Shown: piece after piece, positions 9,622-18,752 of the stretch
Layout of the letters: each line of letters starts with the position of its first letter
Position numbering within the stretch: the first letter of the stretch is position 1
DNA from: Nanobdellota archaeon
Lineage (GTDB): Archaea > Nanobdellota > Nanobdellia > Woesearchaeales > DSVV01
Assembly: GCA_051819785.1 (NCBI GenBank)
Contig: JBNJGV010000001.1
Span: 1-51,953 of the forward strand
Direction: 5' to 3'
Length of the DNA: 51,953 nucleotides
Notes under the pieces: model-generated
What the model saw: the letters and a program-made list of their open reading frames with translations, nothing else
The model's database searches: none
What the model was told of the DNA's origin: nothing
Made by a program: the position numbers and the translations under genes

Positions 9622-10998
9622 GTGCTTGAAATTAATCAAAATGAAACTGATGAAGTCTTATCAGCAAATACATATAAGAAAATTTGTTTAGATAAATCTT
9701 CAAATAAAACACATCCTGTTGCTCATGAGACACAGGAAAGTTCCAGTTTGGAATTTTCAACTTTTAGAGCAATAAGTAAAAAATTTGCGTTAGGGAGGTA
9801 TTCTTCATTTTTTACAACTGCAAATAATTTGCCGTATATAATTGATGCAGATTCTGAAGTTCTTGATAATAAAGGAGATGGGCTAAATTTTGTAGAAAAT
9901 AAGCTAGAAGAGCAAGATGAGAATTGTAAAGGAAGGTTAGAGGAACTCGTAAAAAACGAACAACTAAATTTAAATCTTATTTTATCTATACCCCGGGCAG
10001 GTTCAACAATATTAAGGCATGTTGTAGGAACAAGCTCAAGTATTTCGAGTTCTGTTCACGAGCCTTTTATTGATTATGGTTACAGGAGCGGAAGGATTGA
10101 AGAAGGCTACAACGCTATTTTTGAAAAATATTATCATGAAAAAAACAGCTCCAAAGTAAATCTGTTAATAAAAGAAATGGGCCACTTTATCACTAGAAAT
10201 GGGGCGTATGATAATATTTTTGATTTAGTTAATTCTCCTGTTATTTTAAATGTGCGACACCCGTATCTTGCTGCAGAGTCAAGGATTAGAAAAGTCCTCG
10301 AAACCACACCTGATAAAGCTAGAATAAATACACAAAATTGGTTGTTTGATTATGCCGAACGGTTTTGTAACATTGGTTCAAAAATAAATGCGGAACCAAC
10401 ACCTGATGTCTTCTGTTTTGATTACAGAAAAGAATGGCTTTCTGAGGGCAAAAGATTGGCTGACAAGGAAGTTCAGCAAAAACTACTAGATTTTTATTCA
10501 AAAACAAAGGGGTACGGCTCTTGGAACGAAATGTTTGATTATGCTTTGGAAAATCATGATTATAGGTCTTTTACAGATCTTTTGGAAAGTCTGCAAGATA
10601 AACGGTTCCATGAAAGTGGTTTTGGATGGCAAGCAATGGGTGAAATATTGGACTATGTAAAAGTAAACGATATTGATGCAATTGTTATTGATAATACTGA
10701 TTTTAGAGAGCAGCCGGAAAATTTCGTAAAAGAGATCTCGAAAAGGACGGGGCTTGAATTTGATTGCAGGATGCTCTATTGGGAGAAAGGGTGTGTTGAC
10801 ACTGGCAATCAAACAAGAGAACATGAGAAAAAGTGGTATGACCAGGTTAACAATTCATGTAGGGTGGAGCCGGAAAAAAATTATTTTCCAGAGCGCATTA
10901 GATTTCCTGACTTTGTTCAAAGATATCTTGATAAAACTGCCATGCCTGTGTACAGAAAATTTCTTAAGAGTTCCAATAGGTTATTAAACTCTAATTAA
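9622..10998 (+). CDS. Sulfotransferase-fold protein (putative), paralog of the N-terminal domain of the next gene
   Basis: LILSIPRAGSTILRH resembles the sulfotransferase 5'-phosphosulfate-binding loop. NVRHPYLAAESRIRK resembles the 3'-phosphate-binding RxPxxxxxS motif. Both motifs recur in 11044..12852. It has a GTG start, and no in-frame ATG occurs before the domain. Confidence 0.4.
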   Translation: MLEINQNETDEVLSANTYKKICLDKSSNKTHPVAHETQESSSLEFSTFRAISKKFALGRYSSFFTTANNLPYIIDADSEVLDNKGDGLNFVENKLEEQDENCKGRLEELVKNEQLNLNLILSIPRAGSTILRHVVGTSSSISSSVHEPFIDYGYRSGRIEEGYNAIFEKYYHEKNSSKVNLLIKEMGHFITRNGAYDNIFDLVNSPVILNVRHPYLAAESRIRKVLETTPDKARINTQNWLFDYAERFCNIGSKINAEPTPDVFCFDYRKEWLSEGKRLADKEVQQKLLDFYSKTKGYGSWNEMFDYALENHDYRSFTDLLESLQDKRFHESGFGWQAMGEILDYVKVNDIDAIVIDNTDFREQPENFVKEISKRTGLEFDCRMLYWEKGCVDTGNQTREHEKKWYDQVNNSCRVEPEKNYFPERIRFPDFVQRYLDKTAMPVYRKFLKSSNRLLNSN

Positions 10999-11043
10999 TT
11001 TAAATTGCACATGTTGTATTCACAAAAAAATTAATTATTAAAA

Positions 11044-12852
11044 ATGAAAAACCAAAACAAGTTAAAAAAGAAAAAATCAATTTTTATTGTTATTTCGCCT
11101 CCTAGGTGTGGTTCTACTCTACTTGGAAAGTCGCTTTCTTTTGCTCCAATAATGAAACACTATTTCCACGAACCATGTTTTAATCTTAAATATAAAAACA
11201 AAAATAAGCTGGCTGTGTTTGATTCAATTCTTAATTTTAAAGATGAAAACGTTGTTGTTAAAGAGATGGCCCAGTGGGCAAATATTAGCGAAGCGTATAA
11301 AGAACTCTTTGCCATGACAAAAAACCCTGTATTGTTCTTGATAAGAAATCCATTCATAGCCGCAGAATCAAAAATAAGAAGAGCAATCTTAACTTACGAT
11401 AAGAGAGAAAAAACCCCGTTGAAGAATTTTCTTAAATCTTATTTTGGAAATGTTCATGACAATTCAACTCAAAACGAACTTCTTGATTTGTTTGCAAAGG
11501 GAAAGGGTTTTTCGTCTTGGGTCAAACTGGTAAACCATATTTTAAAAGAAAGAGACTATAAATATGTTGGGAAAATTATTGAAACGGATACAATTTTTTC
11601 TTTGTTTGATTTAGGTTGGGAATCTTTGGAAAAACAAATTGATTATTGCAAAAAGAAACAAATTGATTATAAAATAATCGATAATACTGACCTTCTTTTG
11701 TTTCCTGAAACCATTGCTAAATCAATATGCAACGATTTAAAAATAGATTATAGTCCAAATATGATTAATTGGGGGTCTAAAACTGAAGAGCTGCAAACTT
11801 CCGGCCAGGGGAAAAATTATCAGGTAATATGGTATGACACATTAAAAAAATCAAATCGGATTCTTGAACCTTCGGAAATCCCTCTGCCCTTGGATAATTT
11901 TCCTGATAAAATTAAATATTATCTTTTGGAAACTGCCCTCCCAATTTATGTTAGATGTTCAAATGATAAAATGAGGATTCGTTTAACTTCAAAAATCTCA
12001 ATTGATGAAAAAAAAGTTACTATTCCTTTGAACAAGCTTGCAATAAAAAGACTAAAAGAGGTTGGTACAATCTCATGTGATAATTATCTAGATGAATTGA
12101 AGGGGAAAAAAATATTTAAAGAAAAAGAGGAATTTAAGGAATTAATTTTTGATATTGATGAAAAAGATTCCGATGGAGTGGTTATGCCGATGATTGACAT
12201 GGATCCTGTTTTTTGTTCAATTAGAAATGAAAAACTTCTGTATAATCTGGCCTTTTTAGGGAAGAATCCTTCTTATAGTACCATATTTAATAGTATAAAG
12301 GAGATGGGGTCTGAAGAAAAAATAGATGTTTTAGATTATAATGGCAAACAGATTGGAATTAACAAAAAAAGGTCCGAAATCCATAGAGGTGGATTATGGC
12401 ATTGGGCTGTCCATGTTTGGATTGTTAATTCTAAAAATCAATTTTTAATACAAAAAAGAAGTAAAAATGTTGAAACTAGTTCTGGATATTGGACAATAAG
12501 TGTTTCCGGCCACGTTAAATCTGGTCAGAGAATTTTAAATGCTGCCAAAGAGGAGCTTAATGAAGAACTTGGAATAAATGTAAAAGAAACTGAACTTGAG
12601 TTTTTTTCAGAGTACAAAAAATCAAAATATCATCCTGAAACGGATATAACTGATAACGAATTTAATCACATATATATATTGAAAAAAGATGTCGAATCTG
12701 ATTGTTTTAATCTGGATTCAAATGAGGTTGAACAAGTAAGATTTGTTTGTAGCAAAGAATTGAAAAAAATGATTAAAAATAAATCGATAAATTTTAGGCC
12801 AGATAACCCCAAATATCATGAACTACTTTTTGATTTTTTTGAAAATTCCTGA
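11044..12852 (+). CDS. Fusion protein: sulfotransferase-fold domain plus C-terminal Nudix hydrolase domain
   Basis: The N-terminal part has FIVISPPRCGSTLLGK and LIRNPFIAAESKIRR. The C-terminal roughly 170 aa has the Nudix box GHVKSGQRILNAAKEELNEELGI, preceded by GGLWHWAVHVWIVNSKNQFLIQKRS (IDI/Nudix-like). Confidence 0.55.
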   Translation: MKNQNKLKKKKSIFIVISPPRCGSTLLGKSLSFAPIMKHYFHEPCFNLKYKNKNKLAVFDSILNFKDENVVVKEMAQWANISEAYKELFAMTKNPVLFLIRNPFIAAESKIRRAILTYDKREKTPLKNFLKSYFGNVHDNSTQNELLDLFAKGKGFSSWVKLVNHILKERDYKYVGKIIETDTIFSLFDLGWESLEKQIDYCKKKQIDYKIIDNTDLLLFPETIAKSICNDLKIDYSPNMINWGSKTEELQTSGQGKNYQVIWYDTLKKSNRILEPSEIPLPLDNFPDKIKYYLLETALPIYVRCSNDKMRIRLTSKISIDEKKVTIPLNKLAIKRLKEVGTISCDNYLDELKGKKIFKEKEEFKELIFDIDEKDSDGVVMPMIDMDPVFCSIRNEKLLYNLAFLGKNPSYSTIFNSIKEMGSEEKIDVLDYNGKQIGINKKRSEIHRGGLWHWAVHVWIVNSKNQFLIQKRSKNVETSSGYWTISVSGHVKSGQRILNAAKEELNEELGINVKETELEFFSEYKKSKYHPETDITDNEFNHIYILKKDVESDCFNLDSNEVEQVRFVCSKELKKMIKNKSINFRPDNPKYHELLFDFFENS

Positions 12853-12944
12853 TTTTTATTATATATAAAACACCAGGGTTGTTTACAATATATATTCAAA
12901 ACATTTATATATTATTTTGTGGGTGACAAGAAAAAGGGTTTAAA

Positions 12945-13109
12945 ATGACAAAAAAGAAACTTGATCTTTATTTTGGAATTGTTTTGATTATACTTGCGTT
13001 ATTTCAATTGCTAGGGATTTTTAGTATGTTTGGCGTGGGCTTAAGCCAAAGATTTTTCTATATTTTATTGGCTGTAACCGGAGTTTATCTTATCTTTAAA
13101 GGAAAATAG
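12945..13109 (+). CDS. Small (54 aa) two-helix membrane protein, hypothetical (not in the ORF track)
   Basis: The ATG at 12945 is preceded by AAAAAGGG and a TATA-like ttatatatt. The protein is MTKKKLDLYFGIVLIILALFQLLGIFSMFGVGLSQRFFYILLAVTGVYLIFKGK, with a TAG stop at 13107-13109. Confidence 0.4.
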   Translation: MTKKKLDLYFGIVLIILALFQLLGIFSMFGVGLSQRFFYILLAVTGVYLIFKGK

Positions 13110-13129
13110 AATTAAAATATGTAAAAAAA

Positions 13130-13537
13130 TTATTCTTTTTTTGTAGTTTTTTTGTCTTCTGTAGATGATGCAGGCTTTTCTTCTTTTTCTTGAATTGGTT
13201 CCTGTTTCTTTTCCTTTCCTTTCTCTTTTTTAGCCTTGGCAAGCTTTTCTTTCTGTTTTTTTTCCTTTACTGGTTTTTTTTCAGCACTTTTAGCTTTGCC
13301 TTTTTCTTTGACTATAATTCCTTCTTTTTTAAGAACATCTACAATTTCATTTTGGTCTGCGTCTTCAGCAATCTTTGCCTTCTTCTGTGTTGGTTCAAGA
13401 TGGCTTGTGTTTACTTCTCTTCTTCTCGTCTGGCCGTCTATAAGCACTTTGTTATTTTCAGTTTGCTTTACAATTACACAATACTTTCCTGCATCTCTTC
13501 CTGCTGTTTTAACACATATTCTTCCTGTTGTAAACAT
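13130..13537 (-). CDS. rpl14e: Ribosomal protein L14e (KOW domain) with a long Lys/Glu-rich C-terminal extension
   Basis: MFTTGRICVKTAGRDAGKYCVIVK is the L14e KOW signature. I prefer the start at 13537, which is preceded by GAGGTGA, over the longer track start at 13606, which would overlap L34e. Confidence 0.85.
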   Translation of the reverse strand: MFTTGRICVKTAGRDAGKYCVIVKQTENNKVLIDGQTRRREVNTSHLEPTQKKAKIAEDADQNEIVDVLKKEGIIVKEKGKAKSAEKKPVKEKKQKEKLAKAKKEKGKEKKQEPIQEKEEKPASSTEDKKTTKKE

Positions 13538-13547
13538 TGTGGTCACC

Positions 13548-13817
13548 TCAGATTTCTCTGGCTTTTTCTGTATGCTTTTTTCTTGAGCATCTGCTGCACA
13601 AGACACCGCCGAAGGCTCTTTCCGGCCTTTTTGACGACTTGCTCATGTTTTTCATCTTTGATGGAACTTCTCTAGCTGTTCCAGGCAATGGTTTTTTACA
13701 TTGGCTGCAGACGTGCTTTGACGGTTTTCTCCTTTTGAAAACTGTTTTATTTACTCCACCTGGAGTAGTTACTTTAATCCTTCTTAAACTTCTTGATCTG
13801 AATCTTGGTTCTGGCAT
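13548..13817 (-). CDS. rpl34e: Ribosomal protein L34e
   Basis: RSRSLRRIKVTTPGGVNKTVFKRRKPSKHVCSQCKKPLPG is the typical L34e N-terminal block with a Cys pair. Confidence 0.9.
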   Translation of the reverse strand: MPEPRFRSRSLRRIKVTTPGGVNKTVFKRRKPSKHVCSQCKKPLPGTAREVPSKMKNMSKSSKRPERAFGGVLCSRCSRKKHTEKAREI

Positions 13818-13902
13818 TTTGAATCAATCCTATAATCTTTAATTTTTTATGATGGTATATGCTATGTACGCAGAACTAATAGCTTATTTAAAAAGTTTGT
13901 TG

Positions 13903-14628
13903 CTAATCTAATAGTTTTAGCTTTCCTGGCCGAATTTCAAATGCTTCTCCATCCATTAGAAGATTATTGATTATATTTTCAACTTCTTTTTCATCAATCC
14001 CTGTTTTTTCTATTATTTCTTCCATATCTGCGCCTTCTCCTGTGTCAATCTCTTTAATAGTTTTTATTACCAAATCAAATGTATTTTTTGTGTTTTCTTT
14101 ATTTGTATTCTCTTCTTCTATGGGTTCTTTTGTATTACTTTCAATTTTTTCTTCTTTCGCGTTTTCTTCAATCCCAGGGATATTCTCTTCATTTATAACG
14201 GGGGTTTCAGACGGCACTTCTCTTTTTAAGCCTTTATAGAGTTTTTCAAGCTCTAGTTTTCTTAGTTCAGCCCATGCCTCTTTATTCTTTTCAATTGCTT
14301 TTATTATCTCGGGGACAATGTATATCTCTTCTGAGAATTCCCTTGGTCTTCCAACCAATAAAATAACCTCTCCCATTTTTGGAGGATAATTAAGTTCTTC
14401 GAAGCTTCTTACAGTAATTTGGCCGCTGCCGTCATCAATTGAAAAACTATTTCCTTCACTTTCACTGATGACACTTCCGATCACGTTAACTCTTGAGGCC
14501 TTTGTATTATAGGGCGTGAGGATGTAATTTGGCTCCCAATCCCCATTAGCCTTTATATACCTAGATTCCTTTATGTCCTGCACTTTTATTTTTACAGCTG
14601 TTTGTCTTTTAAAGCCATCATTTACCAT
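13903..14628 (-). CDS. OB-fold ssDNA-binding protein, RPA32/Rpa2-like, with a C-terminal winged-helix domain
   Basis: RVNVIGSVISESEGNSFSIDDGSGQITVRSFE is the RPA32/Stn1-type OB signature (V-x-G-x-V ... DDG[ST]G-x-I). The acidic linker leads to a C-terminal wH-like segment IIEKTGIDEKEVENIINNLLMDGEAFE. It lies directly downstream of mcm. Confidence 0.5.
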   Translation of the reverse strand: MVNDGFKRQTAVKIKVQDIKESRYIKANGDWEPNYILTPYNTKASRVNVIGSVISESEGNSFSIDDGSGQITVRSFEELNYPPKMGEVILLVGRPREFSEEIYIVPEIIKAIEKNKEAWAELRKLELEKLYKGLKREVPSETPVINEENIPGIEENAKEEKIESNTKEPIEEENTNKENTKNTFDLVIKTIKEIDTGEGADMEEIIEKTGIDEKEVENIINNLLMDGEAFEIRPGKLKLLD

Positions 14629-14666
14629 ATTCTCACTGAAATACTAATTTATTAATAAGTTTGTTC

Positions 14667-16709
14667 CTAAATTTTTGAGATGTAACCCCTTTTAGGTTCA
14701 AAAAGGTCTCCTGAACGTTTAAGTTTTTCTATCGTTTCTTCTATATCTTCTTCAGATAATCCTTTTTCTTCCCCTTCGGAGATAATGTTCTCAATTGATA
14801 TAGTTTTTCCTTCTTGCTGTTCAAGGTTGTTAATTATCTCCTTTACAACAACTATTTTACTCCTTTCAGAGGTGGTTATTCCTGTAGTTATCCTATCGAT
14901 GTCAATTTTTCCTGTATCTGGATCTAGGCCTACTTGCTCAAGACAGTATTGTAAAAGGGATATAGCAATTTTTGCATCCTTTTTGGTAACCTTTTCAGAG
15001 AGTCTTACCTTTGCTGAAGCTTCTGCAAGCCTTACTAGTGCTTCAAGCTGTCTTGCGGTGATAGGGACAGATTTCATAGAAGAGGCTTCGTCGCTTCCAG
15101 GAGAACGCATTTTTACATAATAGTTTTGAAGCTCTGTGATTGCTGCTTTTGTGAGAACGGGGCGTATCTTCTGTCTACAATATACAAAGTACTTTCTTAG
15201 CAAATCAGTATCAACAAAGTCTTCATTTTTATTGCTATTGTCTTTTCCTTCCATTGTTTCTTGGTGCCTGCTTAAAAGAAAATTTGCAAGCTTGCTGTCG
15301 GTATCCTCGTCAGGCAAGTCTTTGATGGTGAAAATCATATCAAACCTGTTTATAAGTGTGGGGGGAAGGTCGATTTGCTTGAAAATGGTTTCATACGGGT
15401 CGAATCTTCCAAATTTTGGGTTTGCTGCAGCAAGAACTGTAGTCTCGCACCTAAGTGTTGCCTGAATGTTCGCCTTTGAAATACTTATAGTTTGTTGCTC
15501 GAGACCTTCATGCATACTACTTCTATCTTCTTTATCCATCTTGTCAAGCTCGTCAACCATCAAAATGCCCCTGTTTGCAAGCACCAATGCTCCAGCTTCT
15601 AAGCTCCACCCAGATAGAAACTCGTCTTTTACTACGCTCGCGGTCAAGCCAGCACCAGATGTTCCTTTTCCTGAAACATATCTTGATTTTGGAGCAACAA
15701 CACTTGCCCTTTTGAGCAATTGGGATTTTCCTGCTCCCGGGTCCCCGATTAAAAGCATGTGTATGTCTCCCCTGCTTGAAACGCCATCTTTACTTAGTTT
15801 TTTTGAGCCACCGCAGAATTGAAGAACAATGGCTTCTTTAATCCTGTCATGTCCGTAAATTCCAGGCGCTAGGCTTGTTGCCAATTTTTTTAAAGGATTT
15901 TTTTCTTTAGCTATTTCTTCAATCTGTTCTTCATCTTCTTCAGTAATAACTATGTTTGTGTAGTCTTCCTCCATTCCTTCAGCATAATTGCCTTCAATCA
16001 TAAGATCGTATTTAGTTGACTGCCCCCCCGTTCTCAAGACAATTGGTATTTCTTTGACAATTCCAACAAGTCTCACGTTGCTTCCAGGGTTTGTCTTTTT
16101 TTCTGACATTGGCTTTACTAAATCACCTTTAAGAAGGACTTTCATTCTTTTTGGTTGTTCTCCTCCTTCAAGGTCTTTTGAAGCTTCTTCGAGAAACATG
16201 CCTTGTGCATCAATAAGCTCTTTGTCGACTAACCTGAATTTCCCTTTCCTACCACACCCACACCTTGTAGGCTCTTTGAATTTTTGGTCAAGTTGCAACA
16301 CATTTATTATATTTCCACAACTAGGGCATTCAAATTTTGCAGATGTTACTTGTGGCCTGACATCTGATTTTTGCCTGACTGTTCCTTCAACAGTAATCAG
16401 CTTATTTATGTGTTCTGCGCGGATATTACGAATAAGTATTTTTTGGTCTTCAGGCAAGTTAATGAGCCTTGCCTTAATGTTTTTAGTTTCATTTGGTAAA
16501 TCTATATTTGTTATTGCTATGTCTGCCGCTTTTAAGACTTCTTCTGGCTCTTCAAGAAGGAGCTCGCTAAGCTCCGGACTGAAGCTCGCCAATTCCATGA
16601 AATCAAAGACTATAGAACTTTCGCCTTTTCTTGCGATTTCCATCAGTTCGGCATAGTAATATCCTTTTATGAACTCTTCAAAGTTTTTTATCTGCTCACC
16701 GACTTCCAT
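14667..16709 (-). CDS. mcm: MCM replicative helicase
   Basis: The Zn finger is CPSCGN...CGCG, Walker A is GDPGAGKSQLL, Walker B is DELDKM, and the arginine-finger region is LINRFDMIF, with a C-terminal wH. I prefer the start at the ATG at 16709 (MEVGEQIKNF). The track start at 16739 adds 10 poorly supported residues. Confidence 0.95.
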   Translation of the reverse strand: MEVGEQIKNFEEFIKGYYYAELMEIARKGESSIVFDFMELASFSPELSELLLEEPEEVLKAADIAITNIDLPNETKNIKARLINLPEDQKILIRNIRAEHINKLITVEGTVRQKSDVRPQVTSAKFECPSCGNIINVLQLDQKFKEPTRCGCGRKGKFRLVDKELIDAQGMFLEEASKDLEGGEQPKRMKVLLKGDLVKPMSEKKTNPGSNVRLVGIVKEIPIVLRTGGQSTKYDLMIEGNYAEGMEEDYTNIVITEEDEEQIEEIAKEKNPLKKLATSLAPGIYGHDRIKEAIVLQFCGGSKKLSKDGVSSRGDIHMLLIGDPGAGKSQLLKRASVVAPKSRYVSGKGTSGAGLTASVVKDEFLSGWSLEAGALVLANRGILMVDELDKMDKEDRSSMHEGLEQQTISISKANIQATLRCETTVLAAANPKFGRFDPYETIFKQIDLPPTLINRFDMIFTIKDLPDEDTDSKLANFLLSRHQETMEGKDNSNKNEDFVDTDLLRKYFVYCRQKIRPVLTKAAITELQNYYVKMRSPGSDEASSMKSVPITARQLEALVRLAEASAKVRLSEKVTKKDAKIAISLLQYCLEQVGLDPDTGKIDIDRITTGITTSERSKIVVVKEIINNLEQQEGKTISIENIISEGEEKGLSEEDIEETIEKLKRSGDLFEPKRGYISKI

Positions 16710-16760
16710 TTTACAACATAGCAAGAGCAAGTTTAACAATAATAATATAAAAAAAAGCTA

Positions 16761-17327
16761 TTATTTTGTCCTAACCTTTTTTAGGTTTGCAATAAGTGTT
16801 TCAAGTGCAGAGTGCACTTCTTCTTCGTTTTTTGTTCCTGTGCACACAATTTTTCCATTTGAAAAAAGCAAAAATGTAGCTTTAGCATTTGGAAGCTTAT
16901 AGACTAGGCCAGGAAATTGCTCAGGCTCGTATTCTGTATTTTCAAGTTTCATAGCCAGAACGTTAAGATTTAAATCCATACCAATCCCGCCGCTCGCAAC
17001 GATGTTTTGGATTTTGATTTTTGGCTTGATTGTTATTTCGATCCCTATTTTTTTAAGGCTCTCAATAATTTTGCTTATGGATTCTTCAACCTTTTCAAGT
17101 GTTCTTGCGCCTGTACAAACCACCTTCCCACTTGAGAAAATAAGAGCAGATGTTTTTGGCTCCTTGATTCTAATCACAAGTCCTGGAAACTGTTCCGGAT
17201 TGTATTCTGTGTTGCTTAAAGTGGCTGCCATTTTTTCCAGAGGAATATCATGCTCTAGAGAAGTAGACACCACAATATTAACTACTTGGACTTCTTTTTT
17301 CATATCAGTATTTTTTTTGTTGGTCAT
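16761..17327 (-). CDS. tbp: TATA-box binding protein
   Basis: It has two direct repeats, each with the EQFPGL signature (YNPEQFPGLVIRI, YEPEQFPGLVYKL) and SGK[IV]VCTG. A strong SD (GGGGGGTG) is present. Confidence 0.95.
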   Translation of the reverse strand: MTNKKNTDMKKEVQVVNIVVSTSLEHDIPLEKMAATLSNTEYNPEQFPGLVIRIKEPKTSALIFSSGKVVCTGARTLEKVEESISKIIESLKKIGIEITIKPKIKIQNIVASGGIGMDLNLNVLAMKLENTEYEPEQFPGLVYKLPNAKATFLLFSNGKIVCTGTKNEEEVHSALETLIANLKKVRTK

Positions 17328-17437
17328 CTAAACACCCCCCAACGATGTATTTATAAACTATTTAAAAACATAACTTATTTATAAATACTTTCATTTTTAA
17401 ATGAAAATTTTACTAAATTTATATTATTGCAGTGAGA

Positions 17438-17460
17438 CCACCCCTTTGTTTCTTGTGGAA
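17438..17460 (-). promoter_or_regulatory. Isolated full ORB element in the intergenic region upstream of tbp-mcm (divergent with 17506 ORF)
   Basis: The reverse complement TTCCACAAGAAACAAAGGGGTGG is 19 of 20 identical to the oriC ORB at 1751-1770, including the G-string. Confidence 0.7.
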
Positions 17461-17505
17461 AATTTGGATAATTTTTTATAGTTTTTCATTGTTCTTAGGG
17501 AAGAT

Positions 17506-17862
17506 ATGCAAAAAAAAGCTGAGAATCTTATGGATAATTTTGAAGTTCAAACAAATAATTGGTGTGGTTGTAAGGATTTATTGGAGGAAATTTTGGATTC
17601 TTATAATTCTGCCAATAAGCAAGAGACCTTTTGTCAGGCAAATAATTTGAAAGGAAATGGTTTGTATCGTTCTTTGGATCCATTGTATGATGCGAGTGGT
17701 CTTGGGTATGATAAAACTGGCAAACCATTATGCCCAATTCACAAAACTCCTATGAATGTTTTTGGAATGTATGCAACGAAAGAAGGGGATTTTGATATTC
17801 TGGGCTGCTCGAGGGGCAGTTGTGGGGAGAAATACTTCCGAAAAAATTCATATAAAAAATGA
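17506..17862 (+). CDS. Small Cys-containing hypothetical protein, translationally coupled to the ThiI-like gene
   Basis: 118 aa with scattered Cys/His (WCGCKD, CPIHK, GCSRGSCGEKY). Its stop overlaps the next start (ATGA at 17859-17862). I recognise no family. Confidence 0.45.
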   Translation: MQKKAENLMDNFEVQTNNWCGCKDLLEEILDSYNSANKQETFCQANNLKGNGLYRSLDPLYDASGLGYDKTGKPLCPIHKTPMNVFGMYATKEGDFDILGCSRGSCGEKYFRKNSYKK

Positions 17863-18728
17863 TTCAGCCGGTTGGCGTTGTGAGAACAAGCGAAATTTCT
17901 TTGAAGGGCAAAAATAGGCATATCTTTGAAAAGAGGCTTGTTTCAAATTTAAAAAAGTCTCTTAAGGCAAAAGGTCTTTCTTTTCAGGCAATAAAGAGGC
18001 TTAGAGGGAGGATTTTGCTTTATTTTGATTCTTTGGAAGTTTTAGACCAAGCAGAGAAAGTTTTTAGTGTAGTTTTTGGTGTTGCCAGTTTTAGTAGTGG
18101 GGTTTTGTGTGTAAATAATTTAGATGAAATAAAAAAGGCACTCGATTTGTTGCCAAATCAGGAATCTCGCACATTCAGAGTAAGTTGTAAGCGCCAAGAC
18201 AAAAGCTTTTTCATGAGTTCTCCTGCTGTCGAAAAAGAACTTGGCGAATTTCTTGTAAAAAAACATTCTAAAATTGTTGATTTGAAAAATTATGAAGAAG
18301 AGTTTTTAATTGAAATTTGTGAGGAGGGGTCAATTGTCTCCAAGGGCAGCTTTTCTGGTCCAGGGGGGCTTCCAGTGGGCTCCTCTGCAAGGGTTGGAAT
18401 TTTTACAGACTATCAATTTGCTGAGTTGGCGGGAGTTTATATGTTAAAAAGAGGTTGTGAGGTTGTTTTTTTGGGTGAAATTGAAACAAGTTTTATCGAC
18501 GTATTTAACAATTTTAGAAAACCAATTAGTGCTGCGCCTACTGATTCTTCGGGAGTTTTAGGCACTATGGATAAATTCTCTTTGAAAGCTTTAGTAGCGG
18601 GCGGAGATATTAGGGATTTTCTGGAACTTAAAAGAAATTTTCCTGGATGCCTTGTTCTTTCTCCTTTGGTTGGGCTCTCTCGAGGAGAAATTGATAAAAA
18701 ACAAAAATTTCTTGCAAAAAATATTTAA
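17859..18728 (+). CDS. ThiI-like THUMP-domain protein with a degenerate/shortened PP-loop domain
   Basis: The N-terminus VVRTSEISLKGKNRHIFEKRLVSNLKKSL and FRVSCKRQDKSF match the ThiI ferredoxin-like and THUMP domains. The expected PP-loop SGGxDS is replaced by IFTDYQFAE. The later blocks VAGGD and LSPLVGLSRGEI are retained. Confidence 0.6.
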   Translation: MIQPVGVVRTSEISLKGKNRHIFEKRLVSNLKKSLKAKGLSFQAIKRLRGRILLYFDSLEVLDQAEKVFSVVFGVASFSSGVLCVNNLDEIKKALDLLPNQESRTFRVSCKRQDKSFFMSSPAVEKELGEFLVKKHSKIVDLKNYEEEFLIEICEEGSIVSKGSFSGPGGLPVGSSARVGIFTDYQFAELAGVYMLKRGCEVVFLGEIETSFIDVFNNFRKPISAAPTDSSGVLGTMDKFSLKALVAGGDIRDFLELKRNFPGCLVLSPLVGLSRGEIDKKQKFLAKNI

Positions 18729-18752
18729 CTTGTGTTATTAATCCTTCGCTTT

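Noticed and set aside
13190-13842. Plus-strand ORFs (161, 116 and 101 aa) opposite L14e/L34e
   Set aside because: They are antisense to ribosomal protein genes. Their Phe/Leu/Ser-rich translations are just the complement of Lys/Glu-rich coding sequence.
14785-17331. Plus-strand ORFs opposite mcm and tbp (up to 222 aa, 15988-16656)
   Set aside because: They are antisense to unambiguous MCM and TBP genes, are Ser/Leu/Phe-rich and carry no motifs.
17328-17505. A second replication origin at the tbp upstream region
   Set aside because: There is only one ORB, with no inverted partner and no extended AT-rich unwinding tract comparable to 550-1740. I kept it as a regulatory-site finding instead.
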